Source of the DNA: Squalus acanthias
Lineage: Eukaryota
Assembly (NCBI GenBank): GCA_030390025.1
Contig: CM059432.1
Coordinates: 107,572,001 to 107,636,000, forward strand
DNA length: 64,000 bases
Reading direction: 5' to 3'
Each line of letters begins with the position of its first letter. Position 1 is the first letter of the stretch. The notes under the pieces are model-generated. The model ran no database searches. It had not been told where the DNA came from and saw nothing but the letters and a program-made list of their open reading frames with translations. The position numbers and the translations under genes are program-made. This document shows, piece after piece, positions 1 through 10,460 of the stretch.

Positions 1-447
1 GAGTCTCGGTTAAGGAGATCTTCGAAGTGCTCCTTCCAGTGGGCACTGACTGCCTCTCTGTCCTTGATGAGTACCTCTCTGTTCTTGGCCCACAGTGGGG
101 TAGGACCTTGGGTGCTTGGGCCGTAGATGGTCTTGACTGCACACGTCGTGGTTGTCGGCTAGCTGCTGGATCTCCTGCGCTTTCTCCACCCACCATCTGT
201 TCTTTAGGTCGTGAGCTTTTTTGTTGGACCTCGGCCTTCAGGTGTCTGCAGAGCTGCTTTCTTGCTCTCGAATTCTGTTGCTGTTTCCAGATCAGGAATG
301 CCTTGCGCTTGTGGCTTATTAGCTCGTGGATCTCCTGGTCATTCTCGTCGAACCAGTCTTGGTGTTTCCTGGTCGAGTGACCGAGCGTCTCTTCACAGGT
401 GCTGAATATGGAGGCCTTGAGTGCAGACCAGGCGCTGTGGACACTCT
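1..447 (-). mobile_element. RTE-clade LINE, middle part (linker between endonuclease and RT), continues off the window
   Basis: Minus strand translates to SVHSAWSALKASIFSTCEETLGHSTRKHQDWFDENDQEI...KTIYGPSTQG...HWKEHFEDLL, typical of RTE ORFs. It joins in frame to 3684+ once 448-3683 and one TCT are removed. Confidence 0.9.
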
Positions 448-622
448 GGGCTGGATTTTGTCAGTGTGGGCGGGCTGGGGCGCGTCAGGTGGAAATCGTG
501 TCAGGACCCCGACTCCTAAGTGAAGTGCTGAAAAAGTGGGATTTTCCCCTAATTTGGCAATTGATTTCCTGCGTGTGGGAACACCTGGCCCAATGAGTCT
601 TTTCATACAGAAAGTCACCTCC

Positions 623-655
623 GATGACGTCATCAATGCTGCTGGATTTAAGACC
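623..655 (+). promoter_or_regulatory. Putative promoter of the element's Myb gene: palindromic CRE-like site plus TATA-like motif
   Basis: GATGACGTCATC at 623-634 (contains TGACGTCA) and gatttaaga at ~646-654, about 80-100 bp upstream of ATG 728. The CRE-like block is conserved in the related MITE at ~30282. Confidence 0.45.
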
Positions 656-727
656 TGCAAGCAGCCTTGCTTCCTCTGGAGACTGGAAAGGCTCTGCAAA
701 TTGTATGAAGGTGTTGATTTCCCGACA

Positions 728-2669
728 ATGTCCACGATCAAGCAAATGTGTGCACCTCGGTTTGATGAGCCCTCCCTCCAAGCTCTGGTGCACGGAGCCA
801 GATGTAATAAGGAGGTGCGGTTCCCTTCCTCAGGGAGAAAAAAGTCACCCCAGCAGACAAAAGGTGTGTGGCTGCAAGTGGCCCAGGAGGTCAACTCCAT
901 TTCGCTGAGCCGCAGAACCTGGCTGCAGTGCAGGAAGAGGTTTCATGATCTTCTCCGCACAGGAAAAGTGAGTATGACTTTCCCATCACCCTCAATCTGA
1001 TCCCCATCGCCTCTCCTCACCAGCACTCTGCTTTGCCAACCTCTTCCTCCACATGCCACTTGACACTTACATGCCTGCACCCTTACCCATTCCCTCTCTC
1101 TTGAAGGTCACATTCACTTAACTATTCAACCATGCAGCCCTCACACTCTCTATCACTGTGATGCCATGACAACAACAACTTTCAACACACAGGGATGGTC
1201 CTTTGTATCCTAAGCATCTATGCTATGGATTATCTACACTCACTCCTTCATTCTCACTCAAACTCCACTTGTGTCCCTCATTGCAGGAAAAGAGAGCCCA
1301 CAATAAGAGGGAAAGAGCCATGACAGGAGGAGGGCCACCCTCAGTAGCCCAGCGCACGGCCTGGGAGGAGGCGGCCCTGGAAATCGCTGGGATCGAGGAG
1401 GATTCCCAAGTGGGGGACGGACAGATGGGCGCATCGCAGCAAGCTGGTGACAGAATAGTTTGGCATCTCTCTCATTGACATTGCATGAATCACTGATAAA
1501 GAATCTGATGCTCTAGCAGATTGACTTATGATCATCTGCACTATTCAATGTTCATGTAACCTTGACCTCATATCTCTAACTCTTTCCTTTACTCCCCCAC
1601 AGGACCATCGAAAGCCCCCGTCCCCACTGTCCAGGAGGAAGAGCCTGAGCTTCCAGACTCCTCAGAGGAAGCTGCAACCTCTGAGGGCGCAGCCTCAGCA
1701 GAATTCAGTGCACCCAGCACCAGCGCAGACACTCACACCTCGGTGGGACCTTCGCGAGATAGAGTAGTGTTGGCACCTGGTGTATCACAGCTCACAAGTG
1801 AGCATCAGCAGATGATGGAGACAGGGACAGCAGTGGAGAGTCCTCGTCGGAGGGCGCAGGACTCTCCCAGCTCGGCTCAGCTGCATGTCAACCCTGTGCC
1901 TCCGGGTCCATCCAGAACGAGAGCGGTGCTGGAACTCCAGGAACAGGTGCAGGAGTCTCTGGCAGGTTTCGTCTCCAGGGTCGCTGCGAGTGTCGAGCGA
2001 ATGGAGGAGTCCATTGCGAACATGAGCAGAGCCTTTGTGGAGGCATTGGCGCATGAACGCATCACCACGGAAAGGATAGTAACCTCCGTGGAAAGGATGG
2101 CTACAGTAGAGGAGAGGATGGCTACGGCCATGGAGGAGCTAAGTCGCCAGAGTGTTGAAAACATGGTCATTGTTCAGAATAGACTGGCATCTCTTGAGGA
2201 GCGATGGTCAGCTACTAAGCATAGAAACCAGACCTTCATGGAAGTCCTCTGGAGTAGGACTTCCAGTGCAGAAACGGATCCTCGTGGCCCCCCTGAAGTG
2301 CAGCAAGGTGCTGTCAAACCACTTGCTAGCTCTGAAGTGGGGCTGACCCATGAGAGGGATGTTGGTGGCAGACAACAAGGAAGTGGGGGCTCCTCTCCAA
2401 GCACTCAAACGACCATGCCACTGCAAAGCCCTCGGTCAGAGCCCCACCAGAGTCCTCACCCAACTGAGATGGGCATCTCATCCCCTGCACAGCCGCAGGA
2501 GCAGCAGACTGTTGCCGAGCCCTCACAGGTTCGCAACCCCAGAGGACGCCCGCCAAAGGTGTTGAGACAGGAGCAGCAAGAAAGTGAGCAAGGGGCCTCC
2601 ACATCTGCTGAAGCCACAGGGGAAGCACCACGTAGGAGCACGTGTAAGAGGAAGATAATGCAGAAGTAG
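728..2669 (+). CDS. Spliced Harbinger Myb/SANT-like DNA-binding protein (NAIF1/MSANTD-like); exons 728-967, 1287-1446, 1603-2669; 488 aa
   Basis: Exon 1 reads MSTIKQMCAPRFDEPSLQALV...VWLQVAQEVNSISLSRRTWLQCRKRFHDLLRTGK (SANT/trihelix W...W...C-K-F-DL pattern). Canonical junctions aaa|gtgagt, ttgcag|gaa, ctg|gtgaca, ccacag|gac. Phases 0 and 1 give one open frame of 1467 nt ending at TAG 2667-2669, in frame with ORF 1743..2669. Confidence 0.85.
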
Positions 2670-2927
2670 TCACAAGGGTAGTCACTTGGGTGTTATGTTG
2701 TGTTTATTTTTGAAATGCCACCAGTTGCTTGTTGTGATAAAAAATTCTGATGGCAAACTGTTGAAGTTGTGACCTGTGTCATTTCGCAAATGGGACTTCC
2801 ACATTGAGGGCTTAGAGCGACTTGCAATTGTCAGTATGGTGGTCAGAGTGATAGGAATCCGCAGGTTCTTGTCCATTGTCGATGCTCTGGTAAGAAGGTG
2901 CGAGGCAAAAGTGTTTGATTGTACAGG

Positions 2928-3154
2928 CTAAGCAAATGTGACCAACATGAGTGCGTCCCTTGCATCCCGGGCAGCAATATGGTCGCGCTCTGGCGACTTC
3001 TGGCCTGTGCATCTTCAGGTGGGTGACTAGCAGCTTGGCGCTCCTGTTGATGCTCCTGCTGTTGGTGCTGCTGTTGCTCATGGTTCTGCTGCTGCCGCGG
3101 CTGGTCTTCATCCAAATCTGATGTCCAGGAGGAAAGGAATTAAATGGTCGCCAT
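2928..3154 (-). pseudogene. Harbinger transposase remnant: N-terminus fused to C-terminus, catalytic core absent
   Basis: MATI*FLSSWTSDLDEDQPRQQQ..., then a frameshift into ...HIAARDARDALMLVTFA*. Sits convergent with the Myb gene, where the transposase normally lies. Confidence 0.65.
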
Positions 3155-3683
3155 GCTTCTGGTATATGCCTCAGTTAAAGAAGCGCTTAGTCAAGGTGGG
3201 GAGAGGGGTTTCCCAGGAGGTCACACTGGAGATGGGTGTCAGGCTCCAAACTTCCACAACACTGAGTATGCCTGCTAAAAGTTCCCCCAGAACTGAAACA
3301 ACAAAGTTCTGCCACCTGCAAATGATCATCGGTGAAAACTCCTTTGTAATGGTGGAGCTGCAGCTGTTCGTAAGCAATCCACTTGTGAGGCCGCCAGCAT
3401 TACCTGGCGTGCTCCAGAGGAGGCGTGAGGGATGGGGGGAATGACTAAAAATGGAAAGGCCTCTCAAAATGGGATTATAGAGGCTATTAAGTGGTTGTTA
3501 AGGGCCTTAAGGGCCTATCCCGCCTCTTGGAGGTGGGATGGAAAGGGGGTCAGAAAACACGCTTTTGGGAAAATTGCTCAGAGGCGGGATGGAGGCGGGA
3601 TCGGGCCTGCCCGCCATTTTTGGCGATTTTAACAACTCACACGCCTCCAATCCCGCCTCCTCGGGCCTGGCAAAATCGAGCCC

Positions 3684-4660
3684 TCTGTGTCTCTGCATCA
3701 CTGGGAGTCGTCAGGTTGTTTGTGAGGCGCAGGCTGAATAGGTCTTTCTTAGCGGGGTCTTTGAGTGCTCCAGCGTTGACTTTCCTGTGGCATTGTTTCT
3801 GTTGCCGCCGCTGTTTTGGGGCTACAATGATGAAGATGACAGAGTGGATTAGGCAGTGGTCTGCCCAGCAGTCGTCAGCTCCTGTCATGTCGCGGGTGAT
3901 GCGGACGTCCTTGCGGTCCCTCGCTCTGACGATGATGTAGTCTAGCAGATGCCAGTGCTTGGAGTGAGGGTGCTGCCATGAAGCCTTGTACTTGTCTCTC
4001 TGACGGAACAAGGTGTTGGTTATGACAAAGCCATGTTCTGAGCATTTCGACAGGAGGAGGGTACCGTTGGAGTTGGCTTTCCCTACCCCTCTCTGCTGAT
4101 CACACCTCCCCAGAGGTCTGTGTCCTTTCCAACTCTGGCGTTGAAGTCGCCAAGGAGGATCAGCTTGTCGCCCGTTGGGACTCGGGACAGGGATTGTTCG
4201 AGGCTGGAGTAGAATTCCTCTTTGGTCTCGTCTGTGACTTCCAGTGTTGGGGCGTACGCACTGATGACCGTAGTGCACTGGTTCCGGGCTAGGGTGAGCC
4301 AAAGAGTCATGAGGCACTCATTTAGGGGAGTCTCTGAGACGCCACATTAGTTCATTTTTTATGGCAAAGCCTACCCAATGGAGGCGTCGTTCTTCTTCAG
4401 GTTTGCCTTTCCAGAAGAAGGTGTAACCACCGCCTTGCTCCTTGAGCTGGCCTTCCCCTGCCCGCCGGGTCTCGCTTAGGGCGGCGATGTCTATGTCGAA
4501 ACGTCTGAGCTCCCGGGTAACGATAGCAGTACGGCGTTCCAGTCTGTCGCTGTTGGGGTTGTCCATGAGGGTCCTGATGTTCCAGGTCCCGAACTTCATT
4601 TTAAAGTGTGGAAGATGCCTGTGCGTGAATTCTTTTAACGTGGGGTGGCCGTTACACACC
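3684..4660 (-). mobile_element. RTE-clade LINE 5' part with AP-endonuclease domain (frameshifted)
   Basis: ATG at 4599 gives MKFGTWNIRTLMD...DIDIAALSETR...GYTFFWKG, then ISAYAPT, LILLGDFNARVG and WHLLDYIIVR APE motifs. Confidence 0.93.
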
Positions 4661-5135
4661 AGCTCCAACAACACTCAAGAAGTTCGACACCATCCAGCGC
4701 AAAGCAGCCCCCTTGATTGGCACCCCATCCACCACCTTAAACATTCACTCCCTCCACCACCGGTGTACCGTGGCTGTAGTGTGTACCATCTACAAGACGC
4801 ACTGCAGCAACTCGCCAAGGCTTCTTCGTCAGCACCTCCCAAACCCGCGACCTCTTCCACCTAGAAGGACAAGGGCAGCAGGCGCATGGAAACACCACCA
4901 CCTCCAAGTTCCCCTTCAAGTCACACACCACCCTGACTTGGAAATATATCGCCGATCCTTCATCGTCGCTGGGCCAAAATCCTGGAACTCCCTCCCTAAC
5001 AGCACTGTGGGAGTACCTTCGCCACACGGACTGCAGCGTTTCAAGAAGGCAGCTCACCACCACCTTCTCGAGGGCAATTAGGGATGGGCAATAAATGCTG
5101 GCCTTGCCAGTGTCGTCCACATCCCATAAACAAAT
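4660..5135 (+). mobile_element. 3' fragment of a CR1/L2-group LINE ('family B')
   Basis: Encodes TLNIHSLHHR...SWNSLPNS...FKKAAHHHLLEGN* and the tail gggatgggcaataaatgctggccttgccag. The same sequence occurs at 46500-47000 (-) and 51320-51770 (+). Confidence 0.85.
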
Positions 5136-5691
5136 TTAAAAAAAAAATTTTTAAGTCCGTGAAGGTTTTCCTAGCAATTTGATACAACTGAGTGGCTTGC
5201 TAGGCCATTTCGGAGGGCAGTTAAGAGTCAACCACATTGCTGTGGGTCTGGAGTCACATATAGGCCACACCAGGTAAGGGCAGCAAATTTCCTTCCCTAA
5301 AGGATATTAGTGAACCAGATGGGTTTTTACAACATTCATGGTTACCATTACTGGCTTTTTTATTCCAGATTTATTTAATTAACCGAATTTAAATTGCATA
5401 GCTGCTGTAGTGGGATTTGAACTCATGGGGGAGATTTTCCCACTGGAGGCGAGATGGAGGCGGGTTTCAGTTTGGGTGGGTTTGAAACCCGCCTCCACTG
5501 AAATTTGCGATTTTCCCCTGATTGGCCACTTGATTTCAGAGGTGTGGGATGCCCTTGCTCAATTAGTGTTTTGGGACTGAAATTCGCCTCTGTTGACAGC
5601 ACTTTTCCAGTCTGATTTTCTGTCTCCTTGGCTCATTCCACAGCATTTCTGCGTCTCCTGCACCACCTCCAACATCTTTTCAGAAACCACT

Positions 5692-5878
5692 ATGTCCAAT
5701 TCCAAGGCAAGGGCCTACCCGAGGCTCTCGGATGAGGCGCTGCAAATGTTGTTGGAGGGGGTGAGAGCTAGCATGGAGGTGCTCTTCCACTCATCTGGGA
5801 GGAAGAGGGCTCCCAAAGAAACCAAGGCTGTGTGGGTACAGCTGGCAAGGCATATAACCTCCAGATCTGTGTGCAGAT
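5692..5878 (+). pseudogene. Truncated Myb/SANT exon 1
   Basis: MSNSKARAYPRLSDEALQMLLEGV...SGRKRAPKETKAVWVQLARHITSRSVCR is homologous to 728-967 and breaks off mid-domain. Confidence 0.8.
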
Positions 5879-6118
5879 TGGGAGACTGTTTCTGTGTATT
5901 GATGAAATGCCATCCCTGTTGGAAAGCATTAAAATGATTTGAAGCCAAAATGTTGTCGTTATGCGATCTGTTCTTTTGCCTTAGGCAGCTCCACATTGTG
6001 GGCACCGCCACACTTGAGTTGTCAGGTTGGTGGCCTGAGTGAAAAGAGGCCAGAGAGTCATGTCCATTGTCAGTTATGTCCTAGGATGGAGCAAAGGACA
6101 TGTGCCAACTTGGGCAAC

Positions 6119-6301
6119 CTATGCAAATCTGGCCATGATACGTTCATCCCTTGCATCCCGGGCAGCCATGTGCTCGCGTGCTGCTGCTGCCGCTGGTCGA
6201 TACACCGGCGCTCTGACCTCCTCCTCCTTCTCCAGATCCTCCTCCTCCAACTCCTCATCCTCACCTGAGGTCCATGCAGAAAGAAAATGAATGGTTCCCA
6301 T
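6119..6301 (-). CDS. Open 60-aa transposase-derived mini-ORF (acidic N-terminus plus helical C-terminus); expression unknown
   Basis: MGTIHFLSAWTSGEDEELEEEDLEKEEEVRAPVYRPAAAAAREHMAARDARDERIMARFA*. Homologous to 2928-3154 and ~57315-57535. Confidence 0.45.
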   Translation of the reverse strand: MGTIHFLSAWTSGEDEELEEEDLEKEEEVRAPVYRPAAAAAREHMAARDARDERIMARFA

Positions 6302-7189
6302 GCTGCTTGTTGATGCCTCCTTTGGGGACACGCTCATTGCAAGCGGGGAGAGGGTCTTCCAAGCAGGTCCCACAATTGATGGAGTCAAGCTGCAGCACCT
6401 CCGACTTTGGAAGGCCTTCTAAAAGTGCTCAGATACCTTTTAAAGCCAAGGTCTGGCACCTGCAAGTAATCCTTGCTGCAATAAACGTTGTCTTGTTAGA
6501 CCTGCAGCAGTGAGGAGGCCACCCACGACTCAACCCGCCAGGTTTACCTGGTGTGGTTTAGGAGGTGCGTGGATCACGCCGAACAGCTGGAAAAATCACG
6601 AGGGCCTCTCAAAATAGGCTTAGAGAGGCCCTTAACGAGCATTTAAAGATGTTAAATAGTGCAATGGCCAGCTGGAGGCGGGAGTGTTTCCCGACCTCCA
6701 AAACCGGCACCGGCAAAATCCCAGGGAGGCAGGTTGGAGGCGGGTTCCAAACCCGACCTCTTTGAATCTGATTTTCCCGCCTTTCCCGCCTCCAAACCTG
6801 CCTCCTTCGACGTCAGAAAATCGCCCCCCATGTCTCTGGATCATTAGTCCAGGCCTCTGGATTACCAGTCCAGTAACATAACTGCTATGCTACCATTACC
6901 ATAAGTGTGCTTGTATTTCTTGCCCGACATTTTGGGGCCATAGTAGACTGTGTAGCGCCTGAAAAACAGGTGCTATGCATCCCAATTTTTAGGTCTGATT
7001 TTTAAAATGTATATATTTTTGGGCTTGCTCATAGTAGATAAAGTATTAATGTATGAAAGGTGAGGCAGAGGGTAGTACGAGAACAAGTTATGTATTTCAC
7101 AACAGTTTGCAATATAGAAAACTATTAGGCTGTATTCAGTTTCAAATAATTGGAGTACAAGAGCTCTCCAAGCTTACAAAGAAAATAGA

Positions 7190-7450
7190 ATTTAGTTTAG
7201 AAAAACTGAGCACCTTGAATATTTATAAAGCATTCAGATCAGATGAAATGTATCCAAGAATACTTAAAGAAATTAGACCAGAAGTGGAGTTGTGGTGGGA
7301 GTTTTGCACAGCTCATCGAACCCAGTTCAGTAACAGGAGACATGGAAATAAGGCATGTTATTCCAATTTTTTTTAAAGGAAAAGATCAGAAGTCTGAACC
7401 TTGGAATTACAGGTTTGTTAGCTCAACATATATAGAGTTTTAAAAAAAGT
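7190..7450 (+). mobile_element. Old degenerate CR1 RT fragment
   Basis: Decayed D-E-M-Y-P-R-I-L-K-E and VIPIF-K-G...NYRFVS motifs. Confidence 0.6.
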
Positions 7451-8699
7451 TTATTATAAAAGGAAACAATTCAAGTACAGTTAATAACAGTTAGAGCAAC
7501 ACTAAAGGTCCAAAGAGTGAGCAAGAGTCCTCTCTAGAGGTGGAGTCCTATTTGCTTAAAAAGCAGATTGGGAGAATCGGGCGTGGAGATCAGCTCACTG
7601 AATCGTGGCATGCTAGAGTTTCCAGTCATTGATTTTAATGGCTTGAAAACCAGGTACTCCATGAATCGCTGCCCTATATATACACATACATATATATACA
7701 AATACACAATATACACACACACATATATATATAAACACAGTGCATTTGTTTAGCAAACTTTAGCAGACGGAGGTATACATGTGAAACATACCAACACTAA
7801 AGGCTGCTGAAAGAACATTTAACATAAAGAAATGGCACTTTGTACAAGAAGGCAGTGCCCAGGGTCATGTGAGCCCATGCCCTCATTTTACTTGGCACCA
7901 TTGGTGACACGTGTGGTCTCAGGAATGTCTGCTGAATGTTGGCTGCTTAAGAAAGGCCATTAAAGCTGAAAAAAAACAAATACAGCTGTACTTGCTAAAT
8001 ACCTCGAGAGGCAATACAAACATTGCACAGGAAGCATAAAGATGGAAGGAGCTTCCTCAGCACAAACACATCTAATTTACATTGAAATCCCAATTCTACC
8101 CAGCAACAAGATGACCAGCATTCCTATTTTTTTCCAAAACAGAAATGTGCCAAAAAGAATCATTCTTTTGCTGTTGAAATTAATGACCCACTAGCCAAGT
8201 ATATTTTTGTAAAGCGCAATTCCCTAATTTATTAGCTGTACTGGAGAAACAGCCGCCAATCACCTGCGGCTGTGATTTATGCTCCTCACACAGCTCACAA
8301 GCCTCTGTATCTGTATAAATGTTGGAAAGCTTTATTCCACCAGCTGTGGAGAACACAATAGGAATAGAGGGTGGCTCAATGCCAGCGGAGAAAACAAAAT
8401 CATCCTGCTGAGTAGGCCCCAAAAGTCGCGGAGAGCTGCAAGGACCTGTGCAAAGTTGCCAGGGTGTTGCTGCTGTGGAAGGGAAGCCCTCCAGAGACCC
8501 GAAGGAGGAGGCAAGCGTTGAAGTACATGACACAGATGATGAACTCTGGGTGAACCACGGAAAGAGAAGTGAAAAATAAATCGCACGGCTTAAAAGAGCA
8601 GAAAGGTAAAGAATAAACGTAGCTGTAAAGCAGTGTCATCCGATAGAAATCTAAATCCAAACCTAGGGGACATAAATATAAGATTGTCACTAATAAATA

Positions 8700-8962
8700 C
8701 AATGAAGAGTTCAGGAAAAACTTCTTTATCTAGAGAGTGGTTAGAATGTGGAACTTGCTACCACAGGGAGTAGCTGAGGCGAATAGCACAGATGCATTTA
8801 TGGGGAAGCTAGATAAGCACATGAGGGAGAAAGGAATAGAAGGATATACTGATAGGGTGAGGTGAAGTGGGGTGGAAGGAGGCTCTTGTGGAGCATAAAC
8901 GCTGGCATATATCAGTTGGGACAAATGGCCTTTTTCTGTGCTGTAAATTCTATGTAATTTTA
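8700..8962 (+). mobile_element. CR1 LINE 3' end
   Basis: aggaaaaacttcttt...agagagtggttagaatgtggaac (RKNFF..RVVRMWN), followed by a CR1-type tail ending ttctatgtaattttatgta. Confidence 0.75.
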
Positions 8963-9825
8963 TGTACCTAATTATGTAAATCACTGACTAGTCACGCCGA
9001 CACCGTTTTAACCACATGCACTAATTTGAGTAGAGAATGCCTTATATACACTCACGCAATACAGGTAAATGTACTTTGCGTGTGTATATTTACTTAACAA
9101 ACATCTACCACCATTCAGTACCTAAGGAAGTAACGTGCTCACAACGATCAAAAAACACTCGCACACTCTGTTTTTTGTCTTACCATTTTACCAACAAACG
9201 CAGAAAAAGGTTAAAGTTCACATTCTTACGCCATGTGACTATGAGTATTGAGATCACATGCCCAACGATGGTGTCTATTACTCATTTTTTATTTACTAAT
9301 TGGACATGCAATTAGGCATATGTGGCTAGTGGCTAATGTATCGGACAACTCAGCAGCACCCAATGGAAAGTTGCAGCTAGAAATGATACATATCAAAGAT
9401 ACAGCAAGAACAAAATATTATACAATACATGGCATGAGAAGAGAGAGTGCAGTGCAGGAAGCAGTTTTCAAGGGTGAAATCGACTTGTCCCAAGCTCTTG
9501 TTTAAAGGCAAAATTCCCACACAGTGGGAGAGAACAGACCCGCTGGCTGAGCAAGCTAATGTTGATCTGTTCAGAAGGGAGAGTTTGGAAGACATGAGGG
9601 AGGGGTGTATGTAGAATGGAATTCAGTGCAGAGCTTGTGATATTATTCAGATATTCTGCACTTTATATAAATGTGTCCACAATGTAACTGTGCCCACCTG
9701 AATAAAGGTACATGTGATGACTGTGCAGTATCCATGTGGATAAGTGTGTTTATTTAATTATAATGTGCCAACTGCTCTCTCCAAAAATGAAAGAAAAATG
9801 AGTCATCCATCAGAACTCCAAGCAA

Positions 9826-9957
9826 AAGAAAAATACTGCGGATGCTGGAAATCTGAAAGAGAAACAGAAAATGCTGGAAATACTCAGCAGGTCAGGCAGC
9901 ATCTGTGGAGAGAGAAACAGAGTTAACATTTCAGGTCGATGACCTTTCATCAGAACT
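9826..9957 (-). mobile_element. Penelope-like element terminal repeat fragment with a hammerhead-like core
   Basis: Matches 34590-34691. Flanked by the 18-bp direct repeat catcagaactccaagcaa (9808-9825 and 9948-9965). Confidence 0.75.
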
Positions 9958-9965
9958 CCAAGCAA

Positions 9966-10460
9966 GGTGTACTCTGCCTGTGTACAGTCAGTGAATTACT
10001 GTCATGTTTAGGTGTACTCTGCCTGTGTACAGTCAGTGAATTACTGTGATGTTTAGGTGTACTCTGTCTGTGTACAGTCAGTGAATTACTGTGATGTTTA
10101 GGTGTACTCTGTCTGTGTACAGTCAGTGAATTACTGTGATGTTTAGGTGTACTCTGTCTGTGTACAGTCAGTGAATTACTGTGATGTTTAGGTGTACTCT
10201 GTCTGTGTACAGTCAGTGAATTACTGTGATGTTTAGGTGTACTCTGTCTGTGTACAGTCAGTGAATTACTGTGATGTTTAGGTGTACTCTGTCTGTGTAC
10301 AGTCAGTGAATTACTGTGATGTTTAGGTGTACTCTGTACAGTCAGTGAATTACTGTGATGTTTAGGTGTACTCTGTACAGTCAGTGAATTACTGTGATGT
10401 TTAGGTGTACTCTGTACAGTCAGTGAATTACTGTGATGTTTAAGGGTACTCTGTGTACAG
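9966..10460. repeat. Minisatellite: 8 x 45 bp, then 3 x 39 bp, then a partial unit
   Basis: Unit ggtgtactctgtctgtgtacagtcagtgaattactgtgatgttta. The last three full units lack 6 bp. Confidence 0.97.

Larger units (their letters stand above)
448..3683 (+). mobile_element. Non-autonomous PIF/Harbinger DNA transposon (Myb/SANT gene retained, transposase core deleted), 3236 bp
   Basis: TIRs gggctggattttgtcag (448-) and ctggcaaaatcgagccc (-3683). 3-bp TSD TCT at 445-447 and 3684-3686. Cleanly splits an RTE ORF. Convergent Myb gene and transposase remnant. GGCGGG/CCCGCC-rich subtermini. Confidence 0.93.
5427..6828 (+). mobile_element. Non-autonomous Harbinger element, 1402 bp
   Basis: TIRs gggggagattttcc and agaaaatcgccccc. 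TSD CAT at 5424-5426 and 6829-6831. The host SINE rejoins exactly. Contains a Myb fragment and a mini-ORF. Confidence 0.9.
5170..6895 (-). mobile_element. tRNA-derived SINE ('SINE B'), split by the Harbinger element at 5427-6828
   Basis: The rejoined minus strand gives a tRNA-like head ggtagcatagcagttatgttactgg...gagttcaaatccc (B-box) and a body matching 21678-21990. Confidence 0.75.

Noticed and set aside
536..727. Upstream extension of ORF 536..1000
   Set aside because: It starts at a non-ATG codon and overlaps the subterminal/promoter region. Homology with 5692+ places the start at ATG 728.
4600..4660. HDV-like ribozyme in the RTE 5'UTR
   Set aside because: Such ribozymes are known for some RTEs, but I could not fold a nested double pseudoknot here, and the 5' end may be truncated.
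8180..8600. Possible minus-strand host exon (pyrimidine tracts with AG at ~8547 and ~8590)
   Set aside because: No recognisable protein in any frame and no convincing donor site. It does not resemble the expected thrombospondin-N exon.
9966..10460. CRISPR-like regular array
   Set aside because: Units are contiguous with no unique spacers, there are no cas genes, and the context is eukaryotic.
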